Source: Pyrinomonadaceae bacterium
Lineage (GTDB): Bacteria; Acidobacteriota; Blastocatellia; Pyrinomonadales; Pyrinomonadaceae
NCBI GenBank assembly: GCA_044228425.1
Contig: JBGAUY010000007.1
Coordinates: 2,126-66,125 of the forward strand
Length of the DNA: 64,000 bases
Direction of reading: 5' to 3'
The notes beneath the pieces were generated by a model. That model worked only from the letters and a program-made list of their open reading frames with translations. It made no database searches and was not told the origin of the DNA. The position numbers were made by a program, and so were the translations under genes. This document shows positions 57,350 through 64,000 of the stretch, piece by piece (the first letter of the stretch is position 1; the number at the start of each line of letters is the position of its first letter).

Positions 57350-58042
57350 ATGGAAAATTTTGATCTCGTAAACCTACTCAGCAATCTAATTCCCTACATC
57401 GTGGTTTTGCTACTCGCGATCTCTTGCCACGAAGCGGGCCACGCGTGGATGTCATGGAAATACGGCGACGACACGGCTTATATGCTAGGCCGCGTCACGA
57501 TAAATCCGGTCGCGCACACCGACCCGATCGGCACGCTGCTGATACCGATCGCGAGTTTTGTACTCACGTTTACGACGGGTGCCCGCGTCCCGCTGATCGG
57601 CTGGGGCAAACCCACGCCCGTCAATCCGCGTAACTGGACAAAGTACAAACAGGCAAATGTAATGGTCTCGATCGCCGGGATCGGAGCAAATCTGATACTG
57701 GCGACGATCGGTTTTGCGATATTTAAAACGCTCATCGAAACCGAGGTCATAACCGGCGGCAATATCCGCGAAGGCATGATCAAAGTCGTAGCCATCTTTC
57801 TCAATTACCTGATCTTTCTAAACGTTTCGCTGGCGGTTTTCAACCTGCTACCCTTTCCGCCGCTTGACGGCAGCAAGGTGTTGCAGACATTTTTGCCTGC
57901 GAGTTTTAATCCGATATTTGAGCTGCTCGAACAGTATGGCTTTCTGATCTTGATGCTGCTTGTTTATATGGGCGTCATCGGGTTGGTGATGTATCCGTTC
58001 TATATCTTTGTCGATTATCTGCTCTACACCCGTTGGTTTTGA
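57350..58042 (+). CDS. Site-2 protease family (M50) membrane metalloprotease
   Basis: ISCHEAGHAWMSW carries HExxH, the protein is polytopic, and the downstream NLLPFPPLDGSKV motif is present. Confidence 0.88.
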   Translation: MENFDLVNLLSNLIPYIVVLLLAISCHEAGHAWMSWKYGDDTAYMLGRVTINPVAHTDPIGTLLIPIASFVLTFTTGARVPLIGWGKPTPVNPRNWTKYKQANVMVSIAGIGANLILATIGFAIFKTLIETEVITGGNIREGMIKVVAIFLNYLIFLNVSLAVFNLLPFPPLDGSKVLQTFLPASFNPIFELLEQYGFLILMLLVYMGVIGLVMYPFYIFVDYLLYTRWF

Positions 58043-58045
58043 TAG

Positions 58046-59020
58046 ATGAAAAAACGTATTTTCAGCGGCGCTCAGCCGACAGGCGAGCTTCATATCGGTA
58101 ATTATCTCGGTGCTCTCAAAAATTGGGTTGCGCTGCAGGACGAGTACGAGTCGTTTTACTGTATCGTCAATCTCCACGCCATCACGCTGCCGCAGAACCC
58201 GAAAGTGCTGCGTCAAAAGACGCTCGACCTCGCCCGCATCTATCTCGCCGCCGGCGTCGATCCCGAAAAGGCAACGATCTTTATCCAGTCTGACGTGCCC
58301 GAACACGCTGAACTAACCTGGGTACTCTCGTGCCTTACTCGCATGGGCGAACTGGAGCGGATGACGCAGTTCAAGGACAAAGGTAAAGGAAATGAACGAG
58401 CGGGCGTTGGGTTATTTACCTATCCTGTTTTGATGGCTGCCGACATCTTGCTCTATCAAACCGATCTTGTCCCCATCGGACAGGACCAGAAACAGCATCT
58501 TGAGTTGACACGCGATCTTGCCGAGAGATTTAACCGCGATTTTGGCGAGACGTTTAAGGTTCCTGAGCCATTTATCCCGCCGGTCGGGGCAAAGATAATG
58601 TCCTTGCAGGATCCGGCGAAAAAGATGTCGAAATCGGATGAGAATCTGAACGGCTCGATCTTTTTGCTCGACGACGCCGACACGATCACCAAAAAGGTAA
58701 AACGCGCCGTCACCGACAGCGGCACCGAGATCAGCTTTGACGAAACGCGGCCCGCGATCAAAAACCTGCTCACGATCTATCAGCTGTTGAACGGCAAAAC
58801 GGCTGACGAATGCGTCGCACATTTTGCCGGCTCAGGCTACGGCGATTTCAAAGGCCAGCTTGCCGAGACGGTCGTCGAGTTTCTCCGTCCGTTTCAGGAA
58901 CGCATCAAAGAATACGACGACGCTTCGCTCGACGCGATCCTGAAAAGCGGAGCGGAAAAAGCCCGTTCGATCGCGTCGGAAACGTTGCACGAAGTTTATA
59001 AAAAAACAGGTATCAAGTGA
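58046..59020 (+). CDS. trpS: Tryptophan--tRNA ligase
   Basis: FSGAQPTGELHIGNYLG is the HIGH motif and KMSKS is present. The ORF is 324 aa. Confidence 0.97.
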   Translation: MKKRIFSGAQPTGELHIGNYLGALKNWVALQDEYESFYCIVNLHAITLPQNPKVLRQKTLDLARIYLAAGVDPEKATIFIQSDVPEHAELTWVLSCLTRMGELERMTQFKDKGKGNERAGVGLFTYPVLMAADILLYQTDLVPIGQDQKQHLELTRDLAERFNRDFGETFKVPEPFIPPVGAKIMSLQDPAKKMSKSDENLNGSIFLLDDADTITKKVKRAVTDSGTEISFDETRPAIKNLLTIYQLLNGKTADECVAHFAGSGYGDFKGQLAETVVEFLRPFQERIKEYDDASLDAILKSGAEKARSIASETLHEVYKKTGIK

Positions 59021-59370
59021 TGAAAATTACCGTTTACGAAAAACCGACCTGCACGACGTGCCGCAATCTGAATAAGCTGTTTACCGCGAACGGCGTCGAT
59101 TGGGACAAGGTCAATTATTTTATCGAGCCTTTTACCGAGAGTAAGCTGACGGCGCTGCTAAAAAAGACAGGGATGCGGCCCTTTGACGTATTGCGGCGTG
59201 CGGAGCCGGATTTCAAACTCGCGGGCATCGATAAAGATTCGAGTGACAAAGATGTGATCGCGGCGATGGTCAAATATCCATCGATCATCCAGCGGCCGAT
59301 AGTCGAGGTTGGCGATAAAGCTGTGCTCGCACGGCCGATCGAAAAGGCGTTGGAGTTATTAAAAGGTTGA
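59020..59370 (+). CDS. ArsC/Spx/YffB family protein
   Basis: MKITVYEKPTCTTCRN and IQRPIV are present. The ATG overlaps the trpS TGA. Confidence 0.85.
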   Translation: MKITVYEKPTCTTCRNLNKLFTANGVDWDKVNYFIEPFTESKLTALLKKTGMRPFDVLRRAEPDFKLAGIDKDSSDKDVIAAMVKYPSIIQRPIVEVGDKAVLARPIEKALELLKG

Positions 59371-59373
59371 TCC

Positions 59374-59877
59374 GTGATGAAGAAATTAATTGCATTATTT
59401 CTTTTCTGTACAGCGATTTTTTTGACGTCATGCGATATGCGCAGCGAAACCGCAAAAAAGGAGATGGAAAAGTTTTCCGGCACGCCAACTCCCGTGCCTT
59501 CGCCAACGGCGGTCGAAAAGCCGATCGACCCGGCGGATGTTGTTCAGGTCGATACGACTCTGGAAGGCGAGACCATCGGGATTAACGGCGACCAGCAGAA
59601 AAAGACCATTGCCTGCACAAAATTTAATAATGTAATGATCAACGGCGATGGTGCCGTCGCGACGATAACCGGTGTATGCCGCAGGATAATGTTTAACGGC
59701 AACGGCAACAAGATCACAGCTGATGCGGCGACCGAGATCGTATTTAATGGGAGCCAAAATACCTTGACCTATTCGTGGTTTCCAAACGGAAAACGGCCCA
59801 TCGTAACCCAAAATCGCCCGGACAATACGGTCGAGCATGTTCCGGCAAAGGCCGCAGATCAAAAGCAAGCAAAATGA
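59374..59877 (+). CDS. Lipoprotein with DUF3060-like repeats
   Basis: A lipobox (LTSC) is followed by repeated xNGxGNxIT segments (MINGDGAVATITG, MFNGNGNKITAD, VFNGSQNTLTYS). Confidence 0.68.
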   Translation: MMKKLIALFLFCTAIFLTSCDMRSETAKKEMEKFSGTPTPVPSPTAVEKPIDPADVVQVDTTLEGETIGINGDQQKKTIACTKFNNVMINGDGAVATITGVCRRIMFNGNGNKITADAATEIVFNGSQNTLTYSWFPNGKRPIVTQNRPDNTVEHVPAKAADQKQAK

Positions 59878-60293
59878 GCTATACAAACGGAAACGGTAAT
59901 GGCAACGGCCACGCCCCAAAACCTAAGAACGTGCTTGGCGGCACACTCGAATCGTGCTGCACCGATCCGATGACCGGTTTTTATCGTGACGGTTTTTGCC
60001 GCACCGGAGTCGATGACACCGGGCGTCATACGGTCTGCATACGTGCGACGGATGACTTTCTGGCGTTTTCGAAATCGGCGGGTAATGACCTTTCGACGCC
60101 GATGCCGCAGTATGCCTTTCCGGGGCTAAAGCACGGCGACAAATGGTGTCTGTGTATGCTCCGCTGGCGTGAGGCTCTAAATGCAGGTATGGCTCCGCAG
60201 GTTTATCTTGAGGCGACGCACGAAGCGGCGTTGACGGTCGTAAGCCTAGAGGACCTAAAGCGTTACGCCGTTGATGGAGACGATCTTGACTGA
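59874..60293 (+). CDS. DUF2237 family protein
   Basis: CCTDPMTGFYRDGFCRTG..GRHTVC and FPGLKHGDKWCLCMLRW are present. The start at 59874 forms an ATGA overlap with the upstream gene. Confidence 0.85.
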   Translation: MSYTNGNGNGNGHAPKPKNVLGGTLESCCTDPMTGFYRDGFCRTGVDDTGRHTVCIRATDDFLAFSKSAGNDLSTPMPQYAFPGLKHGDKWCLCMLRWREALNAGMAPQVYLEATHEAALTVVSLEDLKRYAVDGDDLD

Positions 60294-61062
60294 GAAAGAC
60301 GAACAATTTAGCTTTGATTTTCATAAGGAAACGGCCGAGATAATGTCGGGCGGGACCGATGAACTGAAGATCAAGCTTGGCGAATTTGCCGGGCCGCTAG
60401 ACCTGCTGCTATATCTCATACGGCAAGAGCAGGCCGACATTTTTGACATACCGATCGCCCGCATCACCGAAAAATATCTCGAATACATCCGCATGATGAA
60501 GCGGCTCGACATCGCCGTCGCGGCTGATTTTCTCGTGATGGCTGCGCAGCTTATCGAGATCAAATCAAAGATGCTGCTGCCCCGCGACCCGTCGCTTGCG
60601 GCTGACGAAGAGGAGATGGAAGACCCGCGTCAGGAGCTGGTCGACCGGCTGCTCGAATATGAAAAATTCAAAACTGCCGCCGGGATGCTGCACGAGCGTT
60701 CGACCATCGAATCGGCAATTTTCCCTCGCGGCCCGATCGAATCCGACGAAAATAATGCCGAGATCGACGCGTCGGTCTTTGATCTGCTGACGGTCTTTCA
60801 AAAGATCGTCGCCCGTCATGTTGACGAGGTAAAAATGGAGATCCAGCGCGAAGAGATCTCGCTCGCCGATATGATCAAAAATCTAAAATCGAGAATTTTC
60901 GAGCTGGGCGAGGTAAATCTATTAGAGTTTTTCGAAGAGATGCATTCTCGTCGCGAGCTTGTTACGGCGTTTATCGCCGTGCTCGAGATAGTCCGTGCCG
61001 AAACGGTAAAATTGCTGCAAAACAAGACATTTGGCGATATTATTTTGAGGAAAGTTATTTAA
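60274..61062 (+). CDS. scpA: Segregation and condensation protein A
   Basis: EFAGPLDLLLYLIRQEQADIFDIPIARIT is present. An alternative start is the ATG at 60343. Confidence 0.88.
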   Translation: METILTEKDEQFSFDFHKETAEIMSGGTDELKIKLGEFAGPLDLLLYLIRQEQADIFDIPIARITEKYLEYIRMMKRLDIAVAADFLVMAAQLIEIKSKMLLPRDPSLAADEEEMEDPRQELVDRLLEYEKFKTAAGMLHERSTIESAIFPRGPIESDENNAEIDASVFDLLTVFQKIVARHVDEVKMEIQREEISLADMIKNLKSRIFELGEVNLLEFFEEMHSRRELVTAFIAVLEIVRAETVKLLQNKTFGDIILRKVI

Positions 61063-61124
61063 CAGGATGGACAGGATAGTCAGGATGTAGATTGCATTAT
61101 CCTGCACATCCTGTATATCCTGTT
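61061..61124. repeat. Nonamer-built inverted repeat, ACAGGAT family, copy 1
   Basis: tAACAGGATGG ACAGGATAG TCAGGATGT ... ATCCTGCAC ATCCTGTAT ATCCTGTT starts inside the scpA TAA stop and ends 11 nt before the scpB ATG. Confidence 0.85.
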
Positions 61125-61135
61125 TAATCATTTCT

Positions 61136-61693
61136 ATGACCGAGACGACCGAAGAAAAGATAATCAGGACGCCGACCGAGCTTGTCGCGATCGTCGAAGC
61201 GTTGATATTTGTCGCGGACGAGCCGATCTCGACTCGCGCTTTGGCCGAGGTTTTAGAAGAAGAAAAGGACAGCATCCAGGCCGCTATCGAGCAACTGCAA
61301 TCCGAATATGAGGGCCGTGACAGCGGCTTGCAGATCCGCGAGATTGCCGGCGGCTGGCAGCTTGGAACACGCACCGAATATCACGAAGAGGTTCGTAAAT
61401 TCCTAAAAACTCGTCCCAACGCAAAGCTCTCGCTCGCGTCCTTAGAAACGCTTGCCGTCATCGCATACAAACAGCCGGTGACCGTGCCCGAGATACTCGA
61501 TATCCGCGGCGTCCAATCCGCGTCAGCCATCAAAACTCTCCTCGACCGCCGCCTGATCGTCGCCAAAGGCCGCAAAGAAGCCGTCGGCCGCCCAATGCAA
61601 TACGGCACGTCAAAAGATTTTCTTGTCCAGTTTGGGCTAAAAGACCTAACCGAATTGCCGAGCATCGAAGACTTCGAAGATTTAGTACAATAG
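61136..61693 (+). CDS. scpB: Segregation and condensation protein B
   Basis: IVEALIFVADEPIS, LQIREIAGGWQL and ETLAVIAYKQPVT are present. Confidence 0.9.
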   Translation: MTETTEEKIIRTPTELVAIVEALIFVADEPISTRALAEVLEEEKDSIQAAIEQLQSEYEGRDSGLQIREIAGGWQLGTRTEYHEEVRKFLKTRPNAKLSLASLETLAVIAYKQPVTVPEILDIRGVQSASAIKTLLDRRLIVAKGRKEAVGRPMQYGTSKDFLVQFGLKDLTELPSIEDFEDLVQ

Positions 61694-61763
61694 CCACAGA
61701 GAACACCGAGACCACTGAGTTTGTGAATCTGCCTTTCTCTGAGATCTCTGTGTCCTCTGTGGC
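61693..61763. repeat. Nonamer-built inverted repeat, CACAGAG family, copy 2
   Basis: tAG-CCACAGAGA ACACCGAGA CCACTGAGT ... TCTCTGAGA TCTCTGTGT CCTCTGTGG C starts in the scpB TAG stop and ends 8 nt before the rluB ATG. Confidence 0.85.
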
Positions 61764-61771
61764 TAACTCTT

Positions 61772-62566
61772 ATGAATGAAAGATTACAAAAATTGATCGC
61801 CCAGGCGGGCCTTGCTTCGCGACGGGCCGCTGAGCAGATGATCTTGGCGGGCGATGTGTCAGTCAATGGCGAGATCGTGACCGAACTTGGGACCAAGGCC
61901 GACCCGGAAAAGGACCACATCAAGGTTCGCGGCAAGCTCATCAACGCAAAGATCAGCGGGCGGCAGAATTTTTACGTTCTGCTAAATAAACCGAAAGGCT
62001 ATCTATCAAGCGCCGCCGACCCTGAGGGCCGCAAACTCGTGACCGATCTGGTCAAAGGCAAGGGCAAACTGCACCCCGTCGGAAGGCTCGATTACAACAC
62101 CGAAGGACTGATCATTCTTACGAACGACGGCAATTTTACGAATCACGTTGCGAGTTCTAAGGCGATTCCAAAGGTCTATGAAGTAAAGGTCAAAGGGCTG
62201 CCAAACAGCAACGCCATAAATAAGCTGCGGCGAGGACTGGTGCTTGAGGATGGTTATAAAACGGCCCCTGCCGAGATCAAAGACCTAAAGCCGACCGACA
62301 AAAACGGCTGGTACGAGGTGACGCTTTATGAGGGGCACAATCAGCAGATCCGTAAGATGTTTGATGCGGTCGGAAACTCAGTCGTCAAATTGCGTCGAAT
62401 AAAGATCGGCACCGTCGCCGACCCGTATTTGAAAACCGGACAAACACGCGACTTGACTGCCGAAGAGGTGGCATCGCTGACCAGCATGACACCACGAAAA
62501 ACCACTAAACCTAACGCATTAAAAGGCGGTGTACGACCAACAGGCAAGCGTCCTGTACGACCTTAA
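61772..62566 (+). CDS. rluB: 23S rRNA pseudouridine synthase (RluB/RsuA family) with an S4 domain
   Basis: RLQKLIAQAGLASRRAAEQMILAGDVSVNG is the S4 domain, and HPVGRLDYNTEGLIILTNDG is the catalytic Asp motif. Confidence 0.9.
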   Translation: MNERLQKLIAQAGLASRRAAEQMILAGDVSVNGEIVTELGTKADPEKDHIKVRGKLINAKISGRQNFYVLLNKPKGYLSSAADPEGRKLVTDLVKGKGKLHPVGRLDYNTEGLIILTNDGNFTNHVASSKAIPKVYEVKVKGLPNSNAINKLRRGLVLEDGYKTAPAEIKDLKPTDKNGWYEVTLYEGHNQQIRKMFDAVGNSVVKLRRIKIGTVADPYLKTGQTRDLTAEEVASLTSMTPRKTTKPNALKGGVRPTGKRPVRP

Positions 62567-62951
62567 TGCCCGCCGCCGCAAGCTCATTGGCAACTTCGTC
62601 ATTTCTGATACCAAGCTGAAACCACACCGCTTTTGGACGCTTCGCCAAAATATCCGTGGTATGTTTCGCGACGTCTTCGCTACGGCGAAAAACGTTGAGC
62701 AGATCGATCTCGCCCGGGATCTGTGACAGATCGCGATAAACCCGCTTACCCATGATCTCTGTCACCTCAGGATAATAGACCGGCACCGGGATGATCTCGT
62801 AACCCGCGTCCGCCAGATATTTCGGCACGTAAAAGGCTGGCTGATCAGAGTGTGACTCGGGCTTGATGCCCAAAACGGCGATCGTTTTTGTCTGCTCAAG
62901 CAACTCTTTTATCTGAGCATCGGTCGTGAGTAAGTTATCTTTCCAGTCCAT
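62511..62951 (-). CDS. CoA-binding domain protein (YccU/YneT-like)
   Basis: IAVLGIKPESHSDQPAFYVPKYLADAGYEIIPV and VWFQLGIRNDE are present. Confidence 0.85.
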   Translation of the reverse strand: MDWKDNLLTTDAQIKELLEQTKTIAVLGIKPESHSDQPAFYVPKYLADAGYEIIPVPVYYPEVTEIMGKRVYRDLSQIPGEIDLLNVFRRSEDVAKHTTDILAKRPKAVWFQLGIRNDEVANELAAAGIKVVQDACLLVVHRLLMR

Positions 62952-62989
62952 ATCCTAACTATACGCCACTCCTGTTCAGACGGAAATTT

Positions 62990-63055
62990 AACAGGATGGA
63001 CAGGATCAACAGGATGAGAATTTTGTCCTATCCTATTCATCCTGAATATCCTGTT
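62990..63055. repeat. Nonamer-built inverted repeat, ACAGGAT family, copy 2
   Basis: AACAGGATGG ACAGGATCA ACAGGATGA ... ATCCTATTC ATCCTGAAT ATCCTGTT shares its first 17 nt and last 10 nt with copy 1. It lies in a divergent intergenic region. Confidence 0.85.
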
Positions 63056-63125
63056 CGAAATTCCCTTCTAAATTTGCCTAAAATAATATGTTATGTCAGC
63101 ATAATCATTCGTTATACACACAATT

Positions 63126-64000
63126 ATGAACTTTGAATTGAGCGAAGAGCAGCAGCAGATAAAGTACAGCATCCGCGAATTTGCCGAGAGCGAGATCAAG
63201 CCGCACGTAATGGAGTGGGACGAATCGCAGCATTTCCCTGAGGAACTACGGCCAAAGCTCGCCGAGCTGGGGCTGATGGGCGTTTTGTTTCCGGAGGAAT
63301 ACGGCGGAGCCGGTATGGGCTATGTCGAATACGCGACGATCATCGAGGAACTAGGCCGCGTTTGCGGTTCGGTCGGCCTGTCTGTCGCGGCGCACAATTC
63401 TCTCTGTTCAAACCACTTATATATGTTTGGCAGCGAAGAGCAAAAACAAAAGTATCTCGTGCCGCTCGTCAAAGGCGAGAGCTTTGGCGCCTGGGGCCTT
63501 ACCGAATCGCAAGCCGGATCGGATTCGGCAGGAACGCGAACGAATGCCGTTCGCACCGATAACGGGTGGAAAGTGAACGGTTCGAAGAATTTCATCACTC
63601 ACGCCATCGCCTGCAATACGCTGGTTGCGGTCGCGGTCACCGACAAAGAAAAAGGCAATCGCGGCATCTCGGCGTTTATCTTTGACAAATCGATGGACGG
63701 ATTTCGCTCCGATAAAAAAGAAAACAAACTCGGTATGCGTGCGTCCGAGACGGCGTCTGTTGTTTTCGAGGACTGCATCGTCCCGGACGAAAACCGGCTT
63801 GGTAACGAGGGCGAGGGCTTTTTGCAATGCATGCAGGTTTTGGACGGCGGCCGCATTTCGATCGCCGCTTTGTCCGTCGGCATCGCTCAGGGAGCATATG
63901 AAGCGGCAGTAAAATACGCAAAAGAACGGCACCAGTTTGGCAAAGCGATCGCCGAGTTTCAGGCCATCCAGTTCAAACTGGCCGATATGGCAACGCAGAT
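63126..64000 (+). CDS. Acyl-CoA dehydrogenase (3' end lies outside the window; absent from the ORF track because no stop is reached)
   Basis: My own translation from the ATG at 63126 is [59 protein letters not shown].. Confidence 0.9.
   Translation, partial: MNFELSEEQQQIKYSIREFAESEIKPHVMEWDESQHFPEELRPKLAELGLMGVLFPEEYGGAGMGYVEYATIIEELGRVCGSVGLSVAAHNSLCSNHLYMFGSEEQKQKYLVPLVKGESFGAWGLTESQAGSDSAGTRTNAVRTDNGWKVNGSKNFITHAIACNTLVAVAVTDKEKGNRGISAFIFDKSMDGFRSDKKENKLGMRASETASVVFEDCIVPDENRLGNEGEGFLQCMQVLDGGRISIAALSVGIAQGAYEAAVKYAKERHQFGKAIAEFQAIQFKLADMATQ

Noticed and set aside
61061-61763. The repeat-rich scpA-scpB-rluB spacers, and the similar tracts at 16145, 24125, 37638, 39097 and 62990, considered as possible CRISPR arrays
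   Set aside because: The repeat units are only 7-9 nt, directly abutting with no spacers, and arranged as inverted arms. No cas genes are in the window.
1-64000. Apparent over-representation of CGATCG/GCGATCGC (HIP1-like palindromes)
   Set aside because: I found only three full GCGATCGC octamers by eye. The CGATCG hexamers sit inside coding regions and are explained by frequent Asp/Ile/Ala/Arg codon pairs. I have no statistical support without a count against expectation.

Overview
This window reads as a housekeeping chromosomal region, gene-dense on both strands and roughly 50% GC by eye. The many signal-peptide or lipoprotein hypotheticals, N-terminal zinc ribbons and frequent lack of Shine-Dalgarno sequences suggest Acidobacteriota, but that is a low-confidence inference. 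Recognisable core genes are mfd (5' partial), a SurA-like chaperone, dus, an ECF sigma/anti-sigma pair, trmL, typA, a MATE exporter, an e(P4) phosphatase, an S9 peptidase and UDP-xylose synthase with a second SDR sugar enzyme. Further along come purH, comEA-comEC, ftsK, prfB, lnt, polA, an M14 peptidase, an MFS transporter, trpS, scpA-scpB-rluB and a 3'-partial acyl-CoA dehydrogenase. There are two tRNAs, Glu-UUC and Ala-CGC. I saw no rRNA, no CRISPR array and no obvious prophage or defence island. Five things stand out. (1) Several families of hairpin-forming elements are built from tandem 7-nt or 9-nt words followed by tandem copies of the reverse-complement word. They sit in intercistronic gaps, sometimes containing the upstream stop codon, and one heptamer tract lies in frame inside comEC. 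(2) A single IS200-like HUH/Y1 transposase (RAYT-like) is bracketed by roughly 85-105 bp inverted repeats made of REP-like hairpins, between comEA and ftsK. (3) A roughly 3.4 kb stretch (about 42.44-45.87 kb) has prfB, lnt and a TPR gene riddled with 1-nt frame disruptions while everything around it is intact, which most likely reflects local sequence-quality problems. prfB also carries the canonical programmed +1 site. (4) An uncharacterised ATP-grasp / EEP-phosphoesterase / small-protein operon is present. (5) Two tandem paralogous lipoproteins each carry two NTF2-like domains. All family assignments come from motif recognition by eye. No database search was run.
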